From NCBI GenBank assembly GCA_049418705.1, contig JBMSJH010000001.1, positions 1 to 39,522 on the forward strand: a DNA stretch of 39,522 bases, given 5' to 3'. The notes below the pieces were generated by a model. That model saw only the letters and a program-made list of their open reading frames with translations. It made no database searches and was not told the origin of the DNA. Each line of letters begins with the position of its first letter. Position 1 is the first letter of the stretch. This document shows positions 1 to 8,362 of this stretch, piece after piece. Source of the DNA: Aquirufa sp. Lineage in GTDB: Bacteria > Bacteroidota > Bacteroidia > Cytophagales > Spirosomataceae. Position numbers and translations under genes: made by a program.

Positions 1-1021
1 GTTCGAAGTCTTTTTGGAAGGCCCCTGGATTCTTCGAAGGGAAAACAATCGTCTCCGAATTTTTCAGATGGGATCGTTTGCCAAACTCCACACAGACAAA
101 TCCCTGCAACGATTTTTTGATCGTCTTTGCAGTTTCCCAGCGCTCCTCTGGTTTGTTCAATAGATTGATATCCGAAGAAGAATTCACCTCGTAGACCATC
201 GTGCCCTTCTCAAAGTTCTCTGTTAAGACATCACTGAGGATGCTCAAATCTTTGATCCAGATCTTCGTATTTTCCGGCAAGTAAGTAAAAAAGGATTCCC
301 GCGTTTCCTGAACCAGCTTTGTCTGCACATCGGGAATGAGGTGCATCGCCGAAACGGATTGAATGGATAGCTGGGTTTCTGGGTGGAAAGTTCGAATACT
401 TTCGACTTCATCGCCGAAGAAATCAAGTCGATAGGGATATTCCGCTGCGTAAGAAAATACGTCTAAAATTCCCCCGCGAACGGAGTATTGACCCGCTTCG
501 TAGACGAAATCCGTACGTTCGAAATCGTATTCATTCAGCGTTTCGGCCACAAAATTGCGGTCTATTTTATCGCCTACCCGAATGGATAGGGTGTTTTTCA
601 CTAAAGACTTTCGGTTAATCACCTTCTCGGTCATCGCAGCTGGGTAGGAGACGATGGCGAGGCTTTGGCCTGAATAATTACTCAAAATATTCAGCACTTC
701 AGCTCTCAACAAGACATTCGCGTTGTCCACTTCCTCCCATTGGTCGGGTTTCTTGTGGGACATCGTAAATAGGGGCACGGCCGTGTCGCCGATGAGTGCC
801 TGCAGGTCGTTATAGATGTACTGTGCCTCCTCTTTTTCCTCGCAAATGATCAAGAACGGCTCCTTCTCCTTTAGAAGAGCAGACATTAAAACCGTGTCGA
901 GAGAGCCGCAAAGGCCTTTTAGGTGGAGGGATTCGCCCGGTTTGGACGTAGTTATCTTGTCAGAAATGCTTTGGACAATTCCATCGTTCTGGTAGATACT
1001 TAGAAATTCTTTGACGATCAT
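1..1021 (-). CDS. mfd: Transcription-repair coupling factor Mfd, N-terminal part (runs off the window's left edge; missing from the ORF track)
   Basis: Manual translation from the ATG at 1021 gives MIVKEFLSIYQND...LKGLCGSLD...ERTDFVYEAGQYSVRGGILDVFSYAAEYPYRLDFFGDEVESIRTFHPETQLS, the UvrB-homology module typical of Mfd. The frame stays open to position 1. Confidence 0.93.
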   Translation of the reverse strand, partial: MIVKEFLSIYQNDGIVQSISDKITTSKPGESLHLKGLCGSLDTVLMSALLKEKEPFLIICEEKEEAQYIYNDLQALIGDTAVPLFTMSHKKPDQWEEVDNANVLLRAEVLNILSNYSGQSLAIVSYPAAMTEKVINRKSLVKNTLSIRVGDKIDRNFVAETLNEYDFERTDFVYEAGQYSVRGGILDVFSYAAEYPYRLDFFGDEVESIRTFHPETQLSIQSVSAMHLIPDVQTKLVQETRESFFTYLPENTKIWIKDLSILSDVLTENFEKGTMVYEVNSSSDINLLNKPEERWETAKTIKKSLQGFVCVEFGKRSHLKNSETIVFPSKNPGAFQKDFE

Positions 1022-1056
1022 ACGTGCAAAAATCCCCTACAAAATTTACGTAGGGC

Positions 1057-1085
1057 TTGCAAAGGTAGGAAATTTTGTATCTTTG
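1057..1085. promoter_or_regulatory. Overlapping back-to-back Bacteroidota sigmaA promoters (riboswitch/TBDR rightward, mfd leftward)
   Basis: On +, TTG at 1057-1059 and the -7 box TATCTTTG at 1078-1085, just before the riboswitch P1. On -, the -7 box TACCTTTG at 1060-1067. Both match TAnnTTTG. Confidence 0.65.
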
Positions 1086-1092
1086 TGCATCT

Positions 1093-1172
1093 ACAAAAAG
1101 GGGTGCCCCTAAAAAAGGCTGAGATTATACCCATTGAACCTGATGCGGGTAGTGCCGTCGAAGGGATTTTGT
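1093..1172 (+). ncRNA. TPP (thi-box) riboswitch aptamer
   Basis: GGGGTGC...GCTGAGA...ACCC..TGAACCTGAT.CGG..CCG.CGAAGGGA matches the TPP aptamer core. P1 pairs ACAAAA (1093-1098) with TTTTGT (1167-1172). It lies in the 5' leader of a TonB-dependent receptor. Confidence 0.95.
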
Positions 1173-1277
1173 CGAGTTTTTAGCGCTGAAAACTCAAAAA
1201 AATCATCAATGTAAGGGTTAAAAAGTTAAATCATAACAGGATTTGGCTCCTTTACCTGTTGCTAAAATTTCAAAAAA

Positions 1278-3650
1278 ATGAAAAAGGCAACAACGCTTAT
1301 TATTACGCTTATTGTGTGTGTGCAAAGTCTCTTTGCGCAAAAAATCCAAGGTCTTGTTTTCGATCAGGATACCAAAGCTCCTTTATGGGGTGCCTCCGTC
1401 TCCGTGAAAGGAAGTCAGAAAGGAAATGTCACGGATGCGAAAGGGCATTTCATTCTCTCAGCTCCTTCAGATGCCGTGCTTCAGGTTCGTTTCGTGGGTT
1501 ACGATCCGGTGGAGGTCAAGGCCTCGCAGTCAAACAGCATTGCGCTGAAAAAATCCAATTATTTACAAGATGAAGTGGTCGTTCGCGCCACTCGGGCGGA
1601 TGAAAATTCGGCGATGGCTTATTCGAATATGTCTGCGGAAGAAGTAGGGAAATCGAATTTAGGCCAAGACATGCCTCAGTTACTGAATTTCACACCTTCC
1701 ATCGTGACGACATCCGATGCTGGAGCAGGGGTAGGTTATACGGGGATTCGTATTCGAGGTTCCGATGCGACGCGTGTGAATGTAACGGTGAATGGTATTC
1801 CCATTAACGACTCGGAGTCACAGGGGGTCTTTTGGGTGAATATGCCAGACTTTGCTAGTTCTGTGAATTCAGTCCAAATCCAGCGTGGAGTAGGGACTTC
1901 GACGAACGGAGCAGGTGCTTTTGGTGGATCGGTGAATATGCAAACGAATACTTTTGAGTCCAAAGCTTACGGGGAAGTACATGCCTCTGGTGGGTCATTT
2001 GGAACGCTAAAAACAACGATTAAAGGTGGTTCTGGCTTGTTAGGTGGGAAATTTACATTAGACGGTCGTTTGTCGCGCATCGTTTCTGATGGATTTATTG
2101 ATCGTGCTTCGTCTAATTTGCTTTCGGCTTATTTTTCTGCGGGGTATTTTGGCAAGAAAAGCTTCGCCCGTTTTAACTACTTTACCGGTAATGAAAAGAC
2201 CTACCAGTCTTGGTATGGTACTCCTGAAAGTAGAATCACGGGTTCTGTGGCTGATATGCAGGCCTTTATTGACAGAAATTATTTAAGCCCTCAAGATGCC
2301 GATAATTTATTGAAAAGTGGTCGTACCTATAACTACTATACCTACGATAATCAGACCGATAATTATGCGCAGGATCACTTTCAGCTCATCACAAATCACC
2401 GGTTGACGGAGGCCTGGAACCTTGATTTGAATGCTCATTATACCTATGGTCGAGGATACTATGAGGAATTCAAGCCGGCAGCGGATTTAATCACTTATGG
2501 TTTTGCCAACTCCTTACGTAGCGTAGATGTCATTCGCCGCAAGTGGTTAGATAATGATTTCTATGGATCGACTTTTGCGTTGAATTATACCGGTTCTCAA
2601 AAAATAAAATTCACCTTTGGCGGCGCGTGGAATCGCTATGTGGGTCGTCATTTTGGGGTGTTGCAAGATCCATATCCTGGAAGAGAATGGTATCGAAGCA
2701 GATCTCAAAAAACGGATTTAAACCTATATGCAAAGGGGAATATCAATCTGTCTAGTGCTTGGAATGCCTACGTGGATGTCCAATACCGGACGGTAGGCTA
2801 CCGTATGTTTGGAACAGCTGATAAGTTTTTGAATTTGAATTCGGACAATAGCTATTCATTTTTTAATCCCAAATTTGGACTAACACATCAACTCTCAGAA
2901 AAATCGAAAGTATACGGTTCGGTTTCCGCTGGAAGCAAAGAGCCGAGTCGCCAAGATTTCGTGGATAATGCGGCAGGAAACCCTCGCCCGGAATACTTGC
3001 AAGATTATGAGCTAGGGTATGAGCGTTCAGGTCGTCGTTATGGATTACAGATAAATGGATATTTTATGAATTACCAAGATCAGTTGGTTTTAACTGGAGC
3101 GGTTAATTCGACAGGGGATGCGATTCGAACGAATGTGGAATCAAGTTATCGCCTGGGCGTGGAGGCATCCTTAAATTATCAGATTTCGAAGCACCTTCTT
3201 TGGAATGGTAATGTGACGCTAAGCCAAAACCGTATTCGTAATTTCCGGGAGAAAATGACCGACTATGATACCTATGATCAAATCGTCATTAATCACGGAA
3301 ATACCGATATCGCTTATTCGCCAGCTGTCATTGCGGGAAATACAGTAACCTATTCAGTAGGTTCTTTCGAAGCCAGCCTATTAAGTAAATATGTGGGGAA
3401 ACAATATTTGGACAATACCTCAGACGAGGCACGTTCAATCAAGGCCTATACGACTCAAGATATTCGCTTGAAATATACGTTGAAGAAAGGTCCAGCTTTC
3501 ACCTTATTATTAAATAACGTACTGAACGAACAGTATTCCTCGAATGGATATACGTATTCTTATCGTTATGCGGGAGCTACGACGACGGAGAATTTCTATT
3601 ATCCGCAAGCCGGATTTAATTTCTTACTAGGGGCGAGCATACGCTTCTAA
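1278..3650 (+). CDS. TonB-dependent outer-membrane receptor, probably thiamine uptake
   Basis: Signal peptide ending FA-Q, carboxypeptidase-like N-domain, plug (GYTGIRIRGSDATRVNVTVNGIPIND, IQIQRG..GAFGGSVN), beta-barrel with C-terminal Phe. Substrate inferred from the TPP riboswitch. Confidence 0.9.
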   Translation: MKKATTLIITLIVCVQSLFAQKIQGLVFDQDTKAPLWGASVSVKGSQKGNVTDAKGHFILSAPSDAVLQVRFVGYDPVEVKASQSNSIALKKSNYLQDEVVVRATRADENSAMAYSNMSAEEVGKSNLGQDMPQLLNFTPSIVTTSDAGAGVGYTGIRIRGSDATRVNVTVNGIPINDSESQGVFWVNMPDFASSVNSVQIQRGVGTSTNGAGAFGGSVNMQTNTFESKAYGEVHASGGSFGTLKTTIKGGSGLLGGKFTLDGRLSRIVSDGFIDRASSNLLSAYFSAGYFGKKSFARFNYFTGNEKTYQSWYGTPESRITGSVADMQAFIDRNYLSPQDADNLLKSGRTYNYYTYDNQTDNYAQDHFQLITNHRLTEAWNLDLNAHYTYGRGYYEEFKPAADLITYGFANSLRSVDVIRRKWLDNDFYGSTFALNYTGSQKIKFTFGGAWNRYVGRHFGVLQDPYPGREWYRSRSQKTDLNLYAKGNINLSSAWNAYVDVQYRTVGYRMFGTADKFLNLNSDNSYSFFNPKFGLTHQLSEKSKVYGSVSAGSKEPSRQDFVDNAAGNPRPEYLQDYELGYERSGRRYGLQINGYFMNYQDQLVLTGAVNSTGDAIRTNVESSYRLGVEASLNYQISKHLLWNGNVTLSQNRIRNFREKMTDYDTYDQIVINHGNTDIAYSPAVIAGNTVTYSVGSFEASLLSKYVGKQYLDNTSDEARSIKAYTTQDIRLKYTLKKGPAFTLLLNNVLNEQYSSNGYTYSYRYAGATTTENFYYPQAGFNFLLGASIRF

Positions 3651-3654
3651 AAGC

Positions 3655-3692
3655 AAAAAGCCTCAGATCTGTCGAAAGTCTGAGGCTTTTTT
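3655..3692. terminator. Bidirectional intrinsic terminator
   Basis: AAAAAGCCTCAGA-N11-TCTGAGGCTTTTT between convergent genes, with an A-run before and a T-run after the stem. Confidence 0.9.
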
Positions 3693-3693
3693 A

Positions 3694-4431
3694 TTAGCTC
3701 ATTAAATCCCATTTCCATCCCCACTTCGCGAGGCGGTAACGGACAGAATACCAAAGTACGCCCAATCCATAAATCGAGCTACGTTTGAAGTTGATCGAGG
3801 AGGCTTCGTCGAAGTATTTCGTCGGACAAGTTACTTCGCCTACTTCGAAACCTTTCCAGAAAAGCTGTAAGACCATTTGGTTATCAAAGATGAAATCGTC
3901 GTCACATTTCGTGAATTTCACGGCTTCCAAAGCTTCTTTCGAGAACGCACGGTAACCGGTGTGGTATTCGGAAAGCTTTTGGTCGATTAAGATATTTTGG
4001 AATAAAGTCAATAAGCGATTCGCGATGTACTTGTAAATAGGCATGCCCCCTTTTAGTGCCCCTTTACCTAAAATACGGGACGCGAAAACGACAGGGTACA
4101 AGCCATTTCCGATGATCGAAATCATCGCTTTTAAAAGCATGGGTGTGTATTGGTAATCTGGATGCAACATGATGACGATGTCACCGCCAAGCTCCAAAGC
4201 CTTCGTATAGCAGGTCTTCTGATTTCCTCCATAACCCAGGTTTTTATCATGGCGAATGACGTGCTTTATGCCCACTTGCTTCGCCACTTCTACCGTATTA
4301 TCCGGGCTGTGATCATCGACTAAAATCACCTCGTCCACCCAATCGTGCGGGATTTCATGGTATGTTTTCTCCAGGGTTAGCGCTGCCTTGTAGGCGGGCA
4401 TAACGACGATGACCTTTTTACCTTCGTACAT
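3694..4431 (-). CDS. Glycosyltransferase family 2 (polyprenol-phosphate glycosyltransferase/DPM1-like)
   Basis: VVMPAY, ILVDDHSPDNT, NLGYGG, MLHPDYQY, ASR and SEYHTGYRAF motifs. Confidence 0.88.
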   Translation of the reverse strand: MYEGKKVIVVMPAYKAALTLEKTYHEIPHDWVDEVILVDDHSPDNTVEVAKQVGIKHVIRHDKNLGYGGNQKTCYTKALELGGDIVIMLHPDYQYTPMLLKAMISIIGNGLYPVVFASRILGKGALKGGMPIYKYIANRLLTLFQNILIDQKLSEYHTGYRAFSKEALEAVKFTKCDDDFIFDNQMVLQLFWKGFEVGEVTCPTKYFDEASSINFKRSSIYGLGVLWYSVRYRLAKWGWKWDLMS

Positions 4432-4489
4432 ATTTTTTCTAAGCTATTTTTGCGACCTTTGTGCGGCCAAAGTGTAAAATTAAATATTT

Positions 4490-5542
4490 ATGAGCGAAAC
4501 GCTATTTTTTCTTCTTTTTTCAGTGGGTGTGATGGCTGTCATGTTAATCGACCTAGGCATCTTTAAAAAGGATACCAGTGAAGAAGTAACTTTCAAAGAA
4601 GCCGGTTTCTGGACCGGGATGTGGGTTTTATTAGCGATCATTTTCTATATTTTCCTAGGCTATAATGGCGCGATGGTGCATGGGATTACGGATATGCAAA
4701 GCCTTAAGGCGGTGCAACAGGCCTATGCCTCTCACATCGACTTAGGAAATGGCCCATATTACGAGGCTTTGGCCGCTTTTCAAAACAACATGTCCTTGGA
4801 GTTTATCACCGGCTATTTGGTGGAATATTCCTTGTCTGCAGATAACGTATTCGTCTTTATTTTGATCTTTAACTCGTTTGGTGTTCAAAAGCGCTACTAC
4901 AAGAAAATCCTCGTTTGGGGGATCTTGGGAGCGATTATTTTACGCTTGGTATTCATCTTCTTAGGCGCTGCCTTGTTGCAGAAGTTTGATTGGATTATCT
5001 ACGTTTTTGGAGCTTTCTTAGTCTATACTGGGGTGAAGATTTTGTTCTCGAAACACGAGGAGGAGGAGATTGATACGGCGAATCATCCTGTCGTTCGTTT
5101 GCTATCTCGTTTTTTCAATGTGTACCGAAGAAACGTGATTGGTCACTTCTTTGTTCGCATGAAGAAAACGGGCAAATTGTTCATTACACCCATTTTCGTG
5201 GTAGTGGTAGTGATTGCGTTCACGGATATTTTATTTGCCGTAGATTCCATTCCAGCGATTTTCTCTATTTCGAAAGACCCATACATCGTTTTCTTCTCGA
5301 ACGTTTTTGCCGTGATGGGCTTGCGTTCGTTGTTCTTCTTCCTCTCTAGTTTAATGGGCTTATTCCGCTTCTTACCGATGGGTTTAGGCGTATTACTGAG
5401 CTTTGTGGGCGGAAAAATGTTAGCTCACTCGAAGTTAGAGGAGTGGGGGTTTGGGACACTTTCTTCCCTAGGTGTTATCGTGGGAATATTAACGATTAGT
5501 ATATTACTAAGCGTGGCTTTTCCTGAGAAGAAAAAGGCTTAA
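4490..5542 (+). CDS. TerC/Alx family metal-homeostasis membrane protein
   Basis: FITGYLVEYSLSADNVFVF, WGILGAIILR, TDILFAVDSIPAIF and SNVFAVMGLRSLFF signatures; multiple TM helices. Confidence 0.9.
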   Translation: MSETLFFLLFSVGVMAVMLIDLGIFKKDTSEEVTFKEAGFWTGMWVLLAIIFYIFLGYNGAMVHGITDMQSLKAVQQAYASHIDLGNGPYYEALAAFQNNMSLEFITGYLVEYSLSADNVFVFILIFNSFGVQKRYYKKILVWGILGAIILRLVFIFLGAALLQKFDWIIYVFGAFLVYTGVKILFSKHEEEEIDTANHPVVRLLSRFFNVYRRNVIGHFFVRMKKTGKLFITPIFVVVVVIAFTDILFAVDSIPAIFSISKDPYIVFFSNVFAVMGLRSLFFFLSSLMGLFRFLPMGLGVLLSFVGGKMLAHSKLEEWGFGTLSSLGVIVGILTISILLSVAFPEKKKA

Positions 5543-6408
5543 TGCCACTCGTTCACCATTTTTCGGTATTGTAGCGGAGGCGTATTCATCCAGGCTTTGA
5601 ACTGCTTATTGAAATGGGAGATGTTGCCAAAACCGCTCTCAAAACACACCTCTATCATCGGCTTATTCGTGGTGCGCAACAGCGTGCAGGCGTGCTTCAC
5701 TCGAAACTCAGTTACCAATTCTACGAAAGTCTTGTTCGTCACTTTCTTGAAATAACGGCAGAAAGCCGTCTCTGTCATATTGGCTAAATGAGCTACCTCA
5801 TCCAAATGCACTTCCTGGGTATAGTTCGCAATCACGTAAGCGTAGACTCGATTAATACGTTCTAAATCGCCCTCCGCGATCGCATAGTTGCCTTCCGTCG
5901 TATCGATAGGCTGTACATCCGCCGTGGAAATTCCGATCGTGTGAAGAATTTGCAGGAAAGCGAGTAAACGGGGGAAAGGGGGCATATCCACCAAGGCCAG
6001 CATATCCCTTGCGATTTTATCCTGGGTAGGTCCAACGATGGAAAATCCGGTTTTTGCCTTTTCAAATAGGTTTTTCAAACCCGCGCAGGCCTCATTGGAA
6101 AGAAAATCTTCGCCTAGAAAATCGCGTCGAAAATGGATGACGAGTGCTTGTGCGCCATCTGCTGCTGGTTCTTCCGTCAACCAGTCCTTGCGGTGGTTTT
6201 GCCAGCAATGCGGGAGGTTTTCGCCTAATAAAACTAAGTCGCCCGGTCTGAAGTCACTGATCTGATTTCCAATGAAACGCTTACCCTCGCCAGCGATGAT
6301 CAAGGTCAACTCCAGCTCTGGATGGAAATGGTACGGAGCGTCAAAGCGCGCCTGTTTCACATGCTTAATTTGAAATCCAGAAGAAAGGTGTTCGCGTTGC
6401 GCTTTCAT
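5539..6408 (-). CDS. AraC family transcriptional regulator with cupin sensor domain
   Basis: N-terminal YHFHPELEL...NLPHCW cupin. C-terminal double HTH (AFCRYFKK, ESGFGNISHFNKQFK..TPLQYRK). Confidence 0.92.
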   Translation of the reverse strand: MKAQREHLSSGFQIKHVKQARFDAPYHFHPELELTLIIAGEGKRFIGNQISDFRPGDLVLLGENLPHCWQNHRKDWLTEEPAADGAQALVIHFRRDFLGEDFLSNEACAGLKNLFEKAKTGFSIVGPTQDKIARDMLALVDMPPFPRLLAFLQILHTIGISTADVQPIDTTEGNYAIAEGDLERINRVYAYVIANYTQEVHLDEVAHLANMTETAFCRYFKKVTNKTFVELVTEFRVKHACTLLRTTNKPMIEVCFESGFGNISHFNKQFKAWMNTPPLQYRKMVNEWH

Positions 6409-6522
6409 TTAATTTTAGCCTTTTGGGATACTTTGAATCGTGGAAGGGTAAAATTGCATCTTTTTTGGCCAAAATAAAGGTAGAAGTAGGAATAAATTTT
6501 AGAAATCTTTGCAAGAAAAAAA

Positions 6523-7317
6523 ATGCTGCATTTGCCCTTGCCCGTATCGCCTGAACACCAAGCCTATTTCGCTGAAAATGGCCACGTGTATATTCCATCG
6601 CTGATCTCTGCGGAAGAATTGCAACCCTACCGCCAGGCCATCTTGGATTGGGCGGATGATTTTAGAGCGCAACAAAAACCGATGGAAGAGCGAGATACCT
6701 ATGGGAAAGCATTTTTACAGATGATGAATCTGTGGGAATCATCGGAAACGGTGAAAGAATTCACACTTGCGAATCGCTTCGCTTCGGTCGCTGCGCAGTT
6801 ATTAGGAGTCAAAAATGTCCGTGTGTACCACGATCAGGCACTTTTTAAAGAACCAGGCGGAGGCCATACGCCTTGGCACCAAGATCAATATTATTGGCCC
6901 ATCGATACGCCTAAAACCGTAACGATGTGGATGCCTTTGGTAGACATAGAGGAAGGAATGGGGATGCTCACGTTTGCCTCGAAATCTGCTGGCGCTGACC
7001 TGCCTAAGCTAGAAATTTCGGATGAATCAGAGGCTTTAATTGGAGACTATGTGGCTAAACAGGGTTATGAAATCGTCGCCCAAAAATCGATGAAAGCTGG
7101 TGATGCCACCTTTCATTTAGGCTGGACCCTGCATAATGCGCCAGGTAATGAATCGTCTAAAATGCGGGAGGTAATGACTATTATTTATATGGATGCGGAG
7201 GCGCGTGTAATGGAACCGCAAAATCCGAACCAAGAGGCCGATCGCCAGCGTTGGCTGCAAGGCTTAGCGCCCGGTTCGCTAGCTGCATCTGCCCTAAATC
7301 CCCTTATCGGAGATTAG
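6523..7317 (+). CDS. Phytanoyl-CoA dioxygenase (PhyH) family Fe(II)/2-oxoglutarate oxygenase
   Basis: DQALFKEPGGGHTPWHQD (HxD), distal His in TLHNAPGN, and Arg in KMREVM. Confidence 0.9.
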   Translation: MLHLPLPVSPEHQAYFAENGHVYIPSLISAEELQPYRQAILDWADDFRAQQKPMEERDTYGKAFLQMMNLWESSETVKEFTLANRFASVAAQLLGVKNVRVYHDQALFKEPGGGHTPWHQDQYYWPIDTPKTVTMWMPLVDIEEGMGMLTFASKSAGADLPKLEISDESEALIGDYVAKQGYEIVAQKSMKAGDATFHLGWTLHNAPGNESSKMREVMTIIYMDAEARVMEPQNPNQEADRQRWLQGLAPGSLAASALNPLIGD

Positions 7318-7441
7318 GACAGTCGCAGGCATTTTTCTTAAATAAGGACCATTTCTTCTTGTAGGGTTTTGCTTGGTAGCGGCGACTTGCACAGGAACCG
7401 GCTAACATACCTACACATAAGAGCAAAATGAGATAGCGCAT
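7304..7441 (-). CDS. Small predicted lipoprotein, 45 aa (not in the ORF track)
   Basis: MRYLILLLCVGMLAGSCASRRYQAKPYKKKWSLFKKNACDCPNLR*. Its ATG overlaps the upstream gene's stop (TAATG at 7439-7443), it has a lipobox-like AGS-C, and it fills the whole gap. Confidence 0.75.
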   Translation of the reverse strand: MRYLILLLCVGMLAGSCASRRYQAKPYKKKWSLFKKNACDCPNLR

Positions 7442-8277
7442 TATTTTAATCGAGCTTTGAAGTAATTAATTGCCATTCCCCAAGCCTCTTCGGTCGCGGC
7501 TTTGTCAAAATTAGGGTTAGATGGATTCGCAAAAGCGTGTTCCGCATCGAAGATCTTTGTTTGAATTCCTTTGCCAGCCGTTTTCATATTGGCTTCAAAT
7601 TCCTTCACGACCGCCGGGTTGATAAATTGCTCCTTACCCGCAAAAAGGCCTAACACATCCGTCTGTAATAATTTCAATTGCTCCACATCCTTCACCGGCA
7701 TACCATAATACATCACACAAGCCGCTGCTTGTTTTCCAGCTAAGATGGATGCTTTTAAGGATAAAGATCCGCCAAAACACCAGCCCACCGTCGCAATCTT
7801 CGCTTTCGGACCTACGTAGGCAATGGCGCCTCTGATAATGGCTTCTAAACGGGCTGGATTTGCACCGCCCATATATTTCGCAGCATCTTCACGCGTAGTG
7901 GCTACTTTTCCATCGTACATGTCGATCGCTAATACGTTGACATTGCCTAAAGTGCTGTAGAAATGTTCTGCTTCTCTTTTGATGTGGTCATTTAGGCCCC
8001 ACCATTCTTGGAAAACGAATAAGGTAATATCAGTCGGCTTATCAGCTGGAATGTAGAATCCTTTGGCCATCTGATCATCCGGCGTTTTGAACTCAACCAT
8101 CACGCCACCAGCTTTGCTCACATGGTGGTAAGCTTTCGGTAGGGCATGGGATTTAATAAAGGCTTTATTTGAGGCCAAAAGCTGCATGCCATCCTTCTTC
8201 ACGAAGCAGCAAGAGGCTTGAGAAAAGGCAAAGAAAGAGGCGAATACGAGCGCCAATGTTGCGATATATTTTTTCAT
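7441..8277 (-). CDS. Secreted dienelactone hydrolase family protein
   Basis: Likely start MKKYIATLAL at 8277 with a signal peptide. Motifs QEWWGLND, nucleophile elbow GWCFGG and AEHAFANPS. The longer ORF start (8625) overlaps the divergent gene. Confidence 0.88.
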   Translation of the reverse strand: MKKYIATLALVFASFFAFSQASCCFVKKDGMQLLASNKAFIKSHALPKAYHHVSKAGGVMVEFKTPDDQMAKGFYIPADKPTDITLFVFQEWWGLNDHIKREAEHFYSTLGNVNVLAIDMYDGKVATTREDAAKYMGGANPARLEAIIRGAIAYVGPKAKIATVGWCFGGSLSLKASILAGKQAAACVMYYGMPVKDVEQLKLLQTDVLGLFAGKEQFINPAVVKEFEANMKTAGKGIQTKIFDAEHAFANPSNPNFDKAATEEAWGMAINYFKARLK

Positions 8278-8331
8278 AGCTTGATTTGATAAATTTTTTC
8301 TTAAATGTAGCCGAAAATTTCTGTTTTGCCC

Positions 8332-8339
8332 TAACTTTG
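8332..8339 (+). promoter_or_regulatory. -7 promoter box for the multidomain dehydrogenase
   Basis: TAACTTTG located 23 nt upstream of the ATG at 8363. Confidence 0.55.
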
Positions 8340-8362
8340 TCCCAAACCTATTTATTTTTAAC

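Noticed and set aside
1174-1202. Hairpin after the TPP aptamer as an intrinsic terminator
   Set aside because: It is followed by an A-run on +, and on - the T-run precedes the stem, so it fits neither direction.
1259-1573. 104-aa Cys-rich ORF overlapping the TBDR start (possible leader peptide)
   Set aside because: TTG start and an out-of-frame shadow of a well-supported gene; no family features.
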